A DNA stretch of 64,000 nt, from NCBI RefSeq assembly GCF_009914755.1, contig NC_060944.1; one strand, written 5' to 3'. This stretch comes from the human T2T-CHM13v2.0 reference genome, Homo sapiens. This document shows positions 1 through 14,060 of the stretch, in pieces (the stretch's first letter is position 1; each line of letters starts with the position of its first letter). The position numbers were made by a program, and so were the translations under genes. The notes under the pieces are model-generated. The model was not told the origin of the DNA. It searched no databases and saw nothing but the letters and a program-made list of their open reading frames with translations.

Positions 1-515
1 CTAAAATTTAAATACAAAAATATATTTACCTAAAAATCAGTAAGACTGCTTAAATAAATAAATTGCAAATTATTCTGAGAATACATGATTATGAAATATT
101 GTCAAGCCTAACAGAAATAAAGATAACAGTATAATCATTCTTGATAACCCCAAACTGAAGAGAACTCAAAGGCCCGCAAAATTTGAAAATGGGTTGTAAA
201 AGCTGTGATATAGTCAAATAATTGAAAATTACTCAAAAATGCTACCAAAAAAGACACCAAAAGTATGTATTATATGATCACATCCATATAAAGTTTCAGA
301 AAGGGCAAAATCAATCTGTAGTGATAGAAACAAGAATAATGGCTGGAGGGTGACGGGAATTGATTGTTAAGTGGCATGAGAAATTTCTGGGGGAATGTCA
401 ATGTTCTATGGGCTTTGGGTGGCTCAATCATGTATTTTTATCAAAAGTCATTGAATAATGACTTAAAAATTGTGCATTTCATCTTATCTAAAGTATACCA
501 AAATTAAAAACAAGG
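1..515 (+). mobile_element. Old L1M (L1MB/ME-like) 3' end fragment
   Basis: Typical mammalian L1 3'UTR motifs (ggcaaaatcaatctgtagtgatagaa; aatgttctat; ttgtgcatttca) ending in an A-rich tail. Boundaries approximate. Confidence 0.65.
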
Positions 516-761
516 AAAAATACTATCAAAAAATATGGAAAAGTAAACTTTCGCACATTAGTCTCAAAAACCAATGATTTCTGATGTTCTTTTTACTCTA
601 TCAATGTTTTTCATTTTGAATCATCTAGGTTTTTCTGTATTACTGTGCTTCAGCTCAGAGAGTGAATACTTAACAAAATGCAGAGTATGAATTTCAGTGA
701 ATTAATGGCCAAAAATAGGATATAAACAGATTATTGTGAGATTAGTATTTGCGGTATGCAC

Positions 762-1380
762 AGTAGCCTCCCAAAGATGTCCACATCCTCATTCCTGGAA
801 TCTGTGAATATGGCAAAATGGACTTTGTAGCTGTAACTAAGGTTACAAACCTTAAGATAGGGCAAGCAGCTTTAAGTATCCAGGTGAACCCAATCTAATC
901 ATATAAACCTTCAAAAGCAGAGAACATACTTCAGCTGGAGAAAGAGAGGCTTGGCAGAGGGAGAAATTAGAAAGATTCTGCCTGAGAAGTTTCGGAGGCG
1001 TCATTGCTGGTTTTGCGATGTAGAGGCTCACATAGGAAGACTGGAGACAGGTTACTAGGAGCTGACACCAGCAACCACCAGTTGACACACGCAAGAAAAC
1101 AATGACGTACAACTGTACAAGATACTGGGAATGGTGATACAACTGCAAACAACTAAATTCTGACAACAACCTTAATAAATCTGGAAATGTACTTTTACCA
1201 GAGCTTCCCAATAAGATCCCTGTTGATTGTCACCTTCGTTTGGACCTTGCCGGATGTTGAACAGGGGAGCTGGTTGAGCCCACTGAGACTTCAGACCTGC
1301 AGAAGTGTGAGATAATAATTTATGTTGCTGAAGCCATTAATTTAGTTGAAATTGTCATGGTGCCAATATAAAACAAATAC
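762..1380 (+). mobile_element. MaLR LTR, MLT1 family (MLT1E-like)
   Basis: cctcccaaagatgtccacatcct...cccaatctaatc...gtgagataataa...aagcca...aaacaaatac matches the MLT1 LTR layout. Confidence 0.75.
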
Positions 1381-1511
1381 TTTATTTTATAATGAGACTG
1401 GATAACGAAGGGCTTGTGTTGATTTTCAAGGAGATTGAAAAATATATCTCATAAATCTAGTGAAAACATGAAAGTTCTGGGGAGGATGAAATTGATAATA
1501 TCTTTTCTATT

Positions 1512-1853
1512 TGTATGAATCCGTTTTTGCACTGCTGTCAAGAACTGCCTGAGACTGGATAGTTTATAATGGAAAGAGGTTTAATTGACTCACAGCTCTG
1601 CATGTCTGGGGTGGCCTCAGGAAGCTGACAATCATGGCGGAAGGTGAAGAGGAAGCAGGCACCTTCTTCACAAGGTGACAGAAGAGAGGGAAGTAGGAGC
1701 ACAGGAAAAAACTGCCTCTTTTAAAACCAAAAGATTTCGTGAGACTCGCTATCACGAGAACAGCATGGGAGAAACCACCCACCCCCCCATAATCCTATCA
1801 CTTCCCTCCCTCAACACGTGATAATGGGTAGGGACACAGAACCAAAGCATAGC
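1512..1853 (-). mobile_element. MaLR LTR, THE1/MST family
   Basis: aaagaggtttaattgactcacag, acaatcatggcggaaggtgaagaggaagcaggcac and gagaacagcatgggagaaacc are diagnostic reverse-strand THE1/MST motifs. Confidence 0.85.
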
Positions 1854-3309
1854 AGCATTTATGTTAATTCTGCTACATCATTCCTGTTAGACCATCTCTC
1901 TCCGTTTTGTTTTCCTAGGATAGCCCATTGCTTGTATTAAAATCATTTCTAGGTATAAACTTTATTCTCAGTAAAACCTTGAAAATGTGAATATACTTGG
2001 CATTTTTACTTCATCAATATGTAGGAAAATTCTGTACAAAGCCAAAATTCTTCTTTTGATTACCCTCATAATATAGGAAAAAAAGATGGAAATATAAATA
2101 TTTTATATGAAAACTAAAATTTTCTGATATGGCCTCAAGGCATGTTGGTCAGCCTCATCCCTTTCACAAACTGGCATCAGTGACTGTTACTCTCAGTTTC
2201 CTTCCTTGTTTCCTCACATATACTCTCCCTATTCCTCCCCCAAAATCATTACTTCTAGTTAAAATAGATCTTTCTTTCCATTTTTCATTCTTGTCACCAT
2301 TTTCAGGAAAGAGCTATTACCCCTTTCTTTGATCAAAGGCAACTCCCCAAGTACAATGTTTTTTTCTTGCCTGAGGAAGGTTATTTTTTCATGTTGGAAA
2401 GAAATGAAAGATTAGAAACCAAACCGCACACAATCTTGCACACTACAGTCACCAAGGAGGTAATTTTCCACCATTACTTCAGACAAATGCGTGTGTGCGT
2501 TTTTAATCTAGTCTGACCTCAGAGCCTCTAAATAGATGAAGAAATACTTGTGTAATTGAAAAAAAAAAACTGTTCTCTCAGCCATTATTCAAAGGACACT
2601 AACTCAAATAACAAATCTTAAAACTCTTTAAAATGTAAAAACATTTTCTTGGTGACCTGAATTTATTGGCTTTAATTAAGCGTGTTTGTTCTAAACTGAT
2701 GTAATTTAGGCACCATCCATAGAAAAGAAAATATATTGTATATTCAGTACTGATTTGCCTGTCCATATTAGAATATTTACAGTCTAGTGAAAATTAGCCT
2801 GATGTTACATACAGAAAAGTATAAAACCTCTAATAACATTATTTTTTTCATTTAAAGGCAAAGGTTTAAAATAAACTTTATATATTATAAAGTCAGCTAA
2901 AGTTATTTTTATTTCTCTTAACTAAATACATTGAGATTTTAGAAGCAAAAATATAAATTTCTGAAATTGTATACATTATCAAAACAATTTCACTGAATAA
3001 TGGGGTTTCGATCAGGAATCAGAGTGTTTCTAAGAAGCCTATTGATTACTTTCCTCCACATATTATAAGTAAATAATAAACTATTTTTGCTACGTTTGAA
3101 ATATTAAACTAATATTAAACATAACTGAACCAACTCAATGGATGAACTCTAGCATTGAGGTAGGTCTATGTAACATATTTGTGATTATAGCAATAAAAGA
3201 AATGCATTTCAATTTTTTTTTAGTTTCTACTATATACTAGCTATGGATTAGCTTTGTAGTAGTAAGTTGAAGAATGGGAAGCAGAAATAGAGTTGAAAAG
3301 ATAAATGAG

Positions 3310-3510
3310 ATTTATTAAGTCCATGCTGTGGACTAGGTGTATGATGGACTTTCTGTACATATTTATTTATACAAGAATCTTATAAATTAAAAATTATCCT
3401 CACTTAATATATAAGAAAATTGAGACTCAGACAAGTAAAATAACTCATTCAAGGTTACATAAGTGGGTTTTCAATCCTTATTTGTCTAGTTCCAGTGCCC
3501 ATGACCTGGC
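3310..3510 (-). mobile_element. MIR fragment
   Basis: gaaaattgagactcagacaagtaaaataactcattcaaggttaca is the reverse of the MIR core. Confidence 0.6.
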
Positions 3511-5735
3511 TCTCTGGAATGGAAACAAACTGAGGAAGAGAAAAAGTAAAATAAGCAGTGAAGGCAGAAATTGCTAAACTCCGTAGTGCTATCAGGGGCA
3601 CATGGGCATCTTCCTGGAACTAGCACTACGAGAGTGTATCCCTCTCCCTACATCAACACCATTTCTTCGTGGTGAGCTATAGAGAAATTTAGAAGGCAAG
3701 ACCTCAACTGCCTAAGTGGACATAAATGTAAAATTTTTAGGTCTTGTGCAGGTCCTGACTCAGAGTGAAGAACATGATGCCCTTTCTGCCTCAGGTAAGG
3801 AACCTAAATGGATGTCAAATAAACTCAGTAATCAAGGTAAATGATAATGTAATATTTTATTAAATCAAAATTAATGCAGGAAATCCATGATGAACAACAT
3901 ATTAACATTTTAAATAAAGACAAAATATTACTGAGGTTTTCTTTTGCTTCATGCTTCCATGTGGCTTGGCAATGGTTCTGTGTTGTTACTGATCCTATCA
4001 GACCACTGAGCGTCTGCTAGAGATGATAACAATAGAGTCAAAGGGTGAGTCAAAGAGTGCATGCATTTAAAATTCAGATAATAATCATATTTAATGACTA
4101 CAGCTTGAGGTTTTAAAATTTCTTCATATCTGTAGGTGTAGTATCTTTATCTCTTTTAAAAATTTTCTTCTTTCTTTCTACTTTTCTTGGAAATTGTCAA
4201 AAGTGTATTGTATTAGCCTTTTCAGATATCATACTTTGAAAATATTTATCATGTACTCCTATTTTTTGTTTTTATTTAATAATTTTATGCTCATCAATTC
4301 CACCTATATCTTTCTGCTAGTCTACACATTAGTTTTCAACTAGAAGTCATTTTTTAAACGTCCAAGTCCTATCACATTTTGTATGCATATTATAGTTTTT
4401 CATATTCTATTTGTGTTGAAAATTCTTATTCCAAGAGCCTTTACTCAGTACTACTGGATGATGGATAAATTGTGTTGTCGGTGTTCCCATGGATTTTCTT
4501 TTGCATATGTGAGTTCCCTATTCCTCTGGGGGGAGTGTAGCTATGTATGTTAATAAACAAAAATGATTCAAGTCATTATAAACAAGATAATACGTGAAGA
4601 GTGCAGGCAATGATATCTTGAAAAAGAATAATTGGCACTGACATTGATAACTCAAATTGGAATAAAAGAGAATTAAACGTTCACTATCATGTAGTGATTC
4701 CTTAAATTAAGGAAGGATTTGGATGTAGATTTATAGGGGAAATATGTTACCAGGAAATTCTTAAGAAAATAAAAGAATGGCTGAAAAAATTATGTAAAAC
4801 CTGAAGGGTCATTCAAGCAACAAATAGACATAAGAGATCTCAGATAACATCACCCCAAAAATCTAGCCAAAGAATGAGCCAAAATAAGGAGAAAGTAAAA
4901 AGAGACATTTTATGAAATGACAGATGAAAAATAAGTCCTATAAATACAGCACATAGATTAAGCAACTAAAGAAAACTTCTTGCAGACTATAGAAAAAAAG
5001 GCATAAATTTTACTAAAACAAGAATAATGCAAGTTACAAAACTCCAGAGGTTGCAGAAGAGAATTAAAAAAAAAAACTGTCCTCACATGATCTCTTATAA
5101 AAAGATGTAGACTGGAGCAGTCTAAAAGTAAAATCTGAAGGTAAAATAGAAACCACAGGAACTTCTACCAGTAACTGCAGATTTGTAATTGATATCAACT
5201 CTCCCATGGAACTCAACAACAAAATTTTCTTCGAGACACTAAGTGTTAACAAAGCAATGGAAAATTGCAAAGCCCAGATCCAAGAGATGAGATTAGCATT
5301 GAGCATCACTTTTCAGCTCAAGATTTTTACTGATTCTAGGAAGTTAAAAAATAGATTGCAAAACTAAGGAATACTTTTGGCAGTGAAATGCATGTAACTG
5401 TGAGTGTGCAAGGGACTGTGGTGGGAAGAATTTGAGCACAGTACCCTCCAGGCTTTGAGTTGGGGGCAAGGACTACACTCGATAAAGAGCAGCCCACTCA
5501 AGGACATAAACCCAGTGTCTGATTATCTGTACACTTATGGATGCATTAAAGTAACCTGCTAGTGTCCTTAGCTTACTGCAAAGAGCAAATGTAATTCCTC
5601 TCTAGAGAATGTTAACATTTCCAGGGCCTCAAATTACTCTGTTTTTCATATATAATGCCTAGTACTCAATTTAAAAATACATGTAAATAAATACATGACG
5701 AGATATGATGAAGAAATTATTGAAAAAAATGAGGA

Positions 5736-6400
5736 TGATGTGGTTTGGCACTGTGTCCCTGCCCAAATCCCATCTTTAATTGTAATCTCCACGTGTTGAA
5801 GGAGGGACTTGGTGGGAGGTAATTGGATCATGGGGGTGGTTTCCTCCATGCTATCCGTGATAGTGAGGGAGTTGTCATGAGATCTGATGGTTTTAAAAGT
5901 GGCAGTTTTGTCCAGTGCAATGGATCACACCTGTAATCCCAGCACTTAGGGAGGCTGAGGTGGGTGGATCACTTCAGATCAGGAGTTCAAAACCAGCTGG
6001 CCCACATGGCAAAACCCCATCTCTACTAAAAATACAAAAAAAATTAGCTGAGTATAGTGGCACACACCTGTAATCTCAGCTACTCAGGAGGTTAAGACAG
6101 GGGAATCACTTGAACCTGGGAGGTGGAGGTTGCAGGGAGCCAAGATCACACCACTGCACTCCAGTCTGGGCTACACAGCAAGACTCTGTCTTAAAAAAAA
6201 AAAAAGTGGCAGTTTTTCCTGCTCTCTCTCCTGCTGCTGTGTAAGATGTGCATTGCTTCTCCTTTACCTTTGGTCATGATTGTATGTTTCCTGAGGCCTC
6301 CCCAGCCATGCAGAACTGTGAATCAAGTAAATCATTTTTATTTATAAATTACCCAGTCTCAGGTAGTATCTTTATAGTAATTTGAAAACTGACTAATACA
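5736..6400 (+). mobile_element. THE1/MST LTR split by an Alu
   Basis: Starts tgatgtggtttggcactgtgtccc and ends ttataaattacccagtctcagg...ctaataca; interrupted at 5910-6201. Confidence 0.85.
5910..6201 (+). mobile_element. AluS
   Basis: Dimeric Alu with poly(A); 15-bp TSD aaaagtggcagtttt at 5895-5909 and 6202-6216. Confidence 0.95.
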
Positions 6401-6487
6401 ACACACATATAAGAGAAAAAATCAACAAAAAAAAGTTTTGCCTGGAAAAAAATAATGAACCTCTTTATAATTGCATAATTAGAGTAC

Positions 6488-6808
6488 AGGTGTTCCTCAC
6501 CTTATGATAGGGTTACATCCTGATAAGCCCAATATAATTGAAAATATCATAAGTGGAAAATGCATTTAATATACCTAACCTGCCAAACATCATCGCTTAG
6601 CCTAACCTACCTTAAACATGCTCAGTGCACTAACATTAGCCTAAAATTGGGCAAAATTATCTAACAGAAAGCCTACTTTATCAGAAAGTGTTGAACGTCT
6701 CATGTAATGTATTGAATATGGTACATTATGTTGAAATTGTGATTGTTTTACAGTATTGTAAAGTCGAAAAATTGTAAGACAAACCATCATTAAGTCAAGG
6801 ACTATCCG
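6488..6808. mobile_element. MER47A-like Tigger-family non-autonomous DNA transposon
   Basis: TA-flanked; aaaatgcatttaatatacctaacctgccaaacatcatcgcttagcctaacctaccttaaacatgctcag matches the recalled MER47A consensus. Confidence 0.8.
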
Positions 6809-6919
6809 TATATTTAAATTCTTTTATACAGACACACACACACACATACATACACACGGAGAAAGAGGGGAAGAGAGTGACAGAAAGATAAACAGTGAGA
6901 CAGAAAGAAAGACCAGAAA

Positions 6920-7700
6920 TTACCAGTGTGAGAAATTAATAAAGGAGAGGACATCGCTACAGTTTCTATAGACATCAAAACAAGTATAAAAGATTTATAG
7001 TGGCCCCAGCTAGTGGGATAAGGCAATTAAAAGAAGTTAAATTTGTAAATATTGAAAAGGAAAGGTAAATGCTAATTTGGAGATGGCATGGTTATGTACA
7101 AATGTCAACAATTATCTACAAACAATTAGAAATAAAAGCCAGTTTGGTAAGGTGACTGGATTTATAACAAATGCACAAAAAGCAAAAATCAATTGTATAC
7201 CTGTTACACTTTTTGTTTGATAAAGTAGAAATAATTCATCACAAACAAGGACAGAAAGGAAAGGGATTAAACATGTCCTTAAATTGTGTACCCTAGATGC
7301 CTCTCTTGCTTCACCCAAGGCTCAGTCCAGATGAAAATGGCTCATTATTTGTTAGAGAAATTTAAATTAAAACTGTAGTGACATACCATTCTACACATAC
7401 TAGTTTGTCTAACATTAAAAGACTAAGAATAACTATTACAAATGAAGATACAGTACAAGGGAAATTCTCATAGACTGTTGGAGAAAAAGTAAATGGATGC
7501 AGCTACCCACTTACATATTTATACCACAAGATACAAGCAAGGATGTACATAGCAGCATTATTTGTTTAAAAAAAGATGAATTTTTAAAATTGCCTATTGA
7601 ATATTATTCAGCAATGAAAATGAACAAATTAGAACTACATGTAACAACATAGGTCAAACTCACAATGCATAATGTTATGCAATAAAAGAAAATAAATGAG
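6920..7700 (+). mobile_element. Fragmented old L1M ORF2/3' pieces
   Basis: gaggacatcgctacag, aaggtgactggatttataa and tattcagcaatgaaaatgaacaaattagaactaca are L1 motifs. Confidence 0.55.
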
Positions 7701-7701
7701 T

Positions 7702-8492
7702 GTGTATTTGTTTTCTGGGGCTGTTGTAACAACTTATCACAAACTTAGTGATTTTAAACAAGATAAATTTATTCTCTCTCAGTTAGAGAGACCAGAAGTA
7801 CATTTGTTTCACTGACCTAAAGTCAAGATGGTAGAAGGGCTAAATTCTCCATGAAGACTCCAAAAGATAATCCATTCATGGCCTCTTCCATCCTGTGGGC
7901 CTTCCTCTATTTTCAAAGCCAGCATCACAGCATCTTCAAACTTCTCCGTTTCTATTGTCCCATTGCCTTCTGCTCCCTCTGTCTCCTTTTTACAAGGACA
8001 CTTGTGATGGCATTTAGGGCTCACTCAGATAACCCAGGATGATCTCCTCTCAAATTTCTTTTTTCTTTCTTCTTTTATTTTTTGTTTTGTTTTGCTTTTT
8101 TGAGACAGAGTCTTGCTCTGCCACCCAGGCTGGAGTGCAATGGTGCAATCTTGGCTTACTGCAACCTCCGCCTCCTGTGTTCAAGTGATTCTCCCTGCCT
8201 CTGGCTCTCGAGTAGCTGGGATTACAGGTGCCGCCACCACCACACACAGCTAACGTTTGTATTTTTGGTAGATACGGGCTTTTCACCATGTTGGCCAGGC
8301 TGGTCTCGAACTCCTGACCTCAGGTGAATACACCTGCCTCAGCCTTTCAAAGTGCTGGGATTACAGACATGAGCCACTGTGCCCGGCCTCAAATATCTTA
8401 AATACATCTGCAAATGCCCTACTTCAAATAAAGTCAGGCTCCATGGATTAAGACATGGACATGCCTTTCAGAGGCATTATTGGCCTACCACA
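7702..8492 (-). mobile_element. MLT1 (MLT1C-like) LTR split by an Alu
   Basis: ggggctgttgtaacaac...aaatttattctctctcagtt...aaggacacttgtgatggcatttagggc; resumes after the Alu. Confidence 0.75.
8056..8387 (-). mobile_element. AluS
   Basis: Full reverse-strand Alu with T-rich tail; short TSD ctcaaat. Confidence 0.95.
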
Positions 8493-9269
8493 GAGTGGGT
8501 ATATAAATATCAAAACTTTAAGAAAAGTAAACTCCAAATAGTAGGTATCTTTCAAGACAAATGAAGGAGTAGTAATCTATTTTGCAAAAAAATGTTATTC
8601 TGAGTGTTAGTTATGGAGGTGTTTGTTTTGTGATAATTCCTTAAGGTGTATACATTTTCTTAGGATTTGACATTACATGTATATGTTTATGCATAAATTA
8701 TTCATAGATATACATATAATTAAAATTTAAGAAATAAATTATAATGATGCAATCTTCTAATATTTTTAAATTTTTTTTTAAAAATGTGACCTTTTAGGAA
8801 ATAATGCAGTCACATAAATAAATTTAATACTTCCAATTAAAAAAGCAGATATAGTATTCTTTTATTATAAAATTATTTTTTATCTATTCTGCTAGCTCTC
8901 TCTCTCTCACTATACATATAGTTATGTATCTTCCATCTATATCCAAACTTTTTGGAGTATGAAATTTGAAACACATATAACTATTTTACAGCTATTATAA
9001 TAATTGTATGTGCTTATTCCTTTTAAACTTGAAAAATACCAAAAAGTGCAAAGAAGAAACAAAAAAAATCACCCAAATGAATTCCACCAACTGTTAATAT
9101 TGGTTGTTTCTGAAAATTTGGGGTGATTTATTTTGTTTTCTTTGTACTCTTTGGCATGAAGTATTTTTATAAAATAAGCAAAGTCATTACTATAAAAATC
9201 ACTGAAATAAAACCTATGTAGAAATTGTAATAATGAAGATAACAAAGAGAGGAATCACTGCTTACATAG

Positions 9270-9500
9270 CCATTTATTTAGTGCTTCCCATCTACTATGC
9301 ATTATTCAGTGTGTATTACGTTTCGTTTTTCATCATCACAATAATTTTGCAAGATATATACATATATATAAAACAAAATATTGTATCTGTATTTATTACA
9401 GATGACAAAACAGAGGAGTTTTGTGAGTTTAAGTGACAGCCAGCAAACAATATTGCTGGGTTATGGTACCCAAGAGTTCTGGCTTCAGTGTGAAAAAAAT
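9270..9500 (-). mobile_element. MIR fragment
   Basis: ttacagatgacaaaacagagg...tttaagtgacagcc is a degenerate MIR core. Confidence 0.5.
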
Positions 9501-11271
9501 ATTCAATGTTTTCCACCGCAGCTCAGAATGATTCTAATTCAATTATCACTAAATCAGATGGATGTACTGACAATTCAGAAGTGCAGATTATTCAATGAAA
9601 CCATGTACGTGTGCATGTTTGTTTTCTCCTCAAATCTTGCTCCCCTTCCTCATTCTTTCAACCAACACCTAACACCTCCCTCAAAACACACAACACACAC
9701 AAACACAACTAATGCCTTGAGAGCTGAGGCCATAGCTGACACATATTTCAACACCAGAGTCTAGCACAGAATCTAGCACTAAAAGTCTCCCCCAGAGTGT
9801 TTACTATAAATAAAGTAGTGATAAGACTGTAGCTTAAATCCATGACTCTGCTCTTAAATCCATGACTCTTAAATCCAACTCTGCTGCCACACTTCCAAGC
9901 AAGAGTTAGGTCCGTCATTGAAGCTATGTAGTTGTGATTTATGCAGAAGCTTTGTAAAGAAAACCAGAGCTTGGGTAGTGGGTAGCAGTAATCTCTTCTC
10001 AATTTCCCCTATGAAGAGATAAACTCATTGCAGTCTATAGCTACCAAACACAGAGGTCACAAGATTTCTGTGACAAGAACTCCCACTGCTATGGTCTTCC
10101 ACAAATAATGCTAATGGAAACAGAGAGGAAAAACAATTATCAAACAATCAAATAAAGGTCTGACTGTAAGCTCTTTTTCAAGATTTTGCATCTGAAGATA
10201 TCAGAAAGGAAAGCAATTCAGAGGTGCAAATTGCCTAAAGTGCAAATCAATAACATGCTGATCTAATGCTCGATTTCATGAGATTGCTGTTATATAAATG
10301 TAGGGAAAAGCAAATAATCAGGAGCTAAAATTGTCTCTTATCAGAGAAAGTTCATAATTAGTTTGCATTTTCACAGAGTTCCAAATAGTACTGATTAATT
10401 AAGCCAATATGTATTCCAAGCAGCAACAGCTACGAATAGTCAGCCTGTGTGGGGAGAAGCACAAATCCAGTGAATTCAAATTTAATACCCCTAATTGTAC
10501 CAAAGTAAGTAACAGTCAATGACTGAGCATGCAGCCCTTTCCCTAGACAACCTCTAAAATAGTTTTTAACTGAATTTTGTGAACAGTATGTAGAGAAAAT
10601 CTAAGGAAAAGAACACAGTGAAGGCAAGAATTCCCAAAATGCAAATCAGAAAACATTAAAATAATACTATGAAAGTTTGGTTTTCACAATTAGGGTATTT
10701 TTCAAGTTCAATTCAGTTTCTCATTGTTGTATTTTTCTTTTAATTTTTCAATTTCTAGACATATTTATGCAATTATTTGTAAATCTGTCTAAATTCTAGA
10801 AAAAATTTTGCCCATTTGAATGTCATAGAAACAGAAATATAAAAGCAATTCTAAGGTATAAATATTCTTGAGGATTTATAACAAAATATTTTTATTCCTT
10901 ATTCAACTAAAACTATTCCCTCATATCTGTGCCCCAATTAAAATAAAATTGAATAAAATGAATATTTTAAGATACTGGTTTTCAGCACTTTCTTACTTTT
11001 TTTGTAAATCGTACAAAACTAAGTAACCAGTTCTCCTTTGCATAAAGAACTGCTCACCACTCTCCAAGAACAGCTGTTTAATTCAGACAAAGAAGAAAAT
11101 AATACAGATACACCTTTCTCTCCTCCAGAACAAAGCAAAGAGAAAGAGATCCAATTGGCAGAGAGTGGGAAGAGAGATGATTTGTTTTTGAAGACAGACA
11201 TGAAAGGTCAAGATAAGAATTTTAGATAGTGTAAGAACTTGACAAGTGAAAAAATAATCAACTTTGTGATC

Positions 11272-11512
11272 GAGGTCAGGAGATCGCGACCATCCTGGCT
11301 AATACGGTGAAACCCCGTCTCTACTGAAAAATAGAAAAAAAATAGCCAGGCGTGGTGGCGGGCGCCTGTAGTCCCAGCTACTCGGGAGGCTGAGGCAGGA
11401 GAATGGCGTGAAGCCTGGAGGCGGAGCTTGCAGTGAGGATCGTGCCACTACACTCCAGCCTGGGTGACAGAGCGAGACTCCCTCTCAAAAAAAAAAAAAA
11501 AAAAGAAAAAAA
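11272..11512 (+). mobile_element. 5'-truncated AluY
   Basis: AluY diagnostics (accatcctggctaa-acggtgaaaccccg; gaatggcgtg; ggagcttgcagtgag), CpG-rich; 12-bp TSD aactttgtgatc at 11260-11271 and 11513-11524. Confidence 0.95.
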
Positions 11513-12209
11513 AACTTTGTGATCTGTTATATACTTGTAATGTCAGAAAAAATAAGATATTATGCTTCAACTTCAAATCTTCGACTATAGTACTGTAGTT
11601 GATGCAAGGGATGTAGATTTTAGGAAGAACAAAGAGACCATGAGCTAGACTTGAGTGCCCTTCCTCCAGGAGTTTTTTTGTCATCTTAATCAAACTAAGG
11701 CTCCTGTATATTTGGGATTCATTGCTAGAAGTTTAATCTGCCCCGTTGTTGCCTTTCGTCTGCTTCTTTGTTGCCTGAGCAGTAGATTGATTTATTGATT
11801 TTGATTTTTAAGTTCAAGAAGGATATTTTAGTGCCAGGCAAAAGTACCTAATTTATAAGGTGCTGAAAATGGGTGAAGACGCCACCTCTCCACTGAGTTT
11901 CTAAAAAACTTAATTGGCCTACTAAAATAATAGGCTTGATTTTGAGGCCTGACTGCCAGGTTACAAAGTGCTAGCTGGCTCATCTGTCCCTTTCAAGCTT
12001 AATGAACAGTCTTTGTTCAACTTCCAAACATTCCATGTGGTTAGTTCTTGATGGAACACAATATTTTCACCAAGAAAGAGAAGTTCAATACATTTACTCA
12101 TAACTGCTAACTGAATAGCCTATAAGAGTCAAAATTTAGCCTATGTGTCTCTAATTTTTCTAATTAATTATATATATAGATTATATATATATGGAGAAGT
12201 TCTATGTTC

Positions 12210-12242
<33 letters not shown>

Positions 12243-12615
12243 TTTTTTTTGGAGAAGTTCTATGTTCACTAGCTACTCTACTCTGGGGAACTTATATAAA
12301 ATGGGCTGCCAGAACATGCATGATGGATTTGGTTTTGTCGCTGATACCCACAAAATCTTGATTTCCCTTGACTTTCTACTCAGCAAGCTAGTAAATAAAT
12401 TTATTAGTGGCAATATCATAGCACTTTTCTCTGATGAGCTCAAAGTATTTTCCAAGCATCTCCTCATTAATCCTTACAATATTTCTATGAAGTTAAGTAG
12501 CAGAAATATATCTATTTTAAGGTAGAGATCAAATTGTTTTATGGATAGGTGAGTTGTCCAGAATTGTATAGATTATTACTGGGGAAGAAGGAAGAAAATT
12601 AGGTTTCCCATATCT

Positions 12616-12730
12616 CAGATAACCATATAATTTATTCTGCAAACCAGGAAACTTGTGAAAGTGATAGGGACACTATTAATAATGATGCCAGGAGAACACT
12701 GACAAACTGAGAATACAAACATGCCACCTG
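12616..12730. mobile_element. MER96-like hAT MITE
   Basis: accatataatttattctgcaaaccagg...gaaagtgatagggacactattaataatgatgccagg resembles the recalled MER96/MER96B consensus. Confidence 0.6.
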
Positions 12731-13305
12731 TATCCTACTGAATGGAATAGTAAGAAAATCACAATACCTAGTTGAAAGTTGTAAGCCAGAGGATTTGTTT
12801 CATTATTTTGAGTTGTTGTAAAATAAAATTCTACTATGAATAGTTTGTTGCATTTACTTCCATTATTTTTATATGTAATTTTTCAAACACACTTGGAATT
12901 ATAACTTACATGTAATTTTGTATTCAGGATTTTTAATTTGACACTTCAAATTGTTTTGCTAATATACAAGAATGCTTTATAAACATTTACAAATTACCAC
13001 ATTATGTTAACAAACATATATGGATTTACCATAATCAACATAACCGTAGTTATTATTTACAATTATTTAGATTTATGAATAGTGCTCCAATGAGATTTTT
13101 AGCATACATTTTTCATATAGCTTTAACAATCTCCTTAGGATATATATGTTTTTGATTGTCTCCAGTTATATTTTTAATCTTTATTTACAATTTATTCTAA
13201 TTTTTAGGCTTTAAGTTTACCTTTTGGGGGAATTTATTCTTTAATCTTGTTAGAACTTGTTTTGGTGACTGGTAGATGGGAACAATCATGAATGGTGTCA
13301 TTATT

Positions 13306-13612
13306 TGTCTTAGTCTGCTCGAACTGTCATCACAAAATACCACAGACTGAGTGGTTTAAACAGAAATGTATTTTCTTACACATCTGGAGGCTGGAATGTC
13401 CAAGATCAGGATCTGTGAATGTTTGCTATCTGGTGAGCGTTCTCTTGCAGACAGTCAAGTTCTCTCACTCTGTCCTCACATTGCAGGGAAAGAGAGCAAG
13501 CTCTCTGGTGTCTATGTTATAAGGAAACTAATTCCATCATGAGAACCCTGCCCTCATGACATCATCTAAACCTTGTTACTTCCCAAAGGCCCTGTACCCA
13601 AACACCATCACA
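13306..13612 (-). mobile_element. MLT1A/MST-like LTR
   Basis: tgtcttagtctg...aaaataccacagactgagtggtttaaac...ctggaggctggaatgtccaagatcagg. Confidence 0.75.
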
Positions 13613-13619
13613 TAAATTC

Positions 13620-14060
13620 TGAATTTTGGATTAAATTGCATCTATCTCATTATAATACTATTCTATTAATATTATTTAGTTGGTAATATATGTTGAAGTT
13701 TCTGGAGATTATTGTTTTTCTATTAACATGATAAATTATAGTAAACTATTTCCTAATAGTCATCCATTCTTGCTTACTAACATGAACACTACTTGATTAT
13801 GAAGTATGGTTTTAATGGGATTGCAACTTTTAAGTGTAAAGTACAGCTTTAGAATATTTGCAGTAATATTTATTAGTAGAATAGGCCTGTATTTTATTTT
13901 GTGTAGTGTATATGAGAGAGACGAAGGGAAAGGGATGGGAAGAGAGCACATGTGTTCAGCTTTGGTCCAGTTTAGTATAAATACAATATTTATTCATAAA
14001 TATATTTGGAAGTATTTTTATTTTCTTTACATGGAAACATTTAAAGCTATGGATTTCTCC
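13620..14060 (-). mobile_element. Old L1M ORF2 fragment
   Basis: Minus-strand YRPILLINITANIL resembles L1 ORF2 FRPISLMNIDAKIL. Confidence 0.6.

Noticed and set aside
9833-9876. Short local duplications (cttaaatccatgactct; similar ones near 31377-31411 and 40416-40454)
   Set aside because: Ordinary slippage duplications with no further structure.
11038-11229. Charged, protein-like 63-aa ORF (HKELLTTLQEQLFNSDKEEN...)
   Set aside because: No ATG start, no convincing splice sites and no recognised homology; purine-rich composition is enough to explain it.
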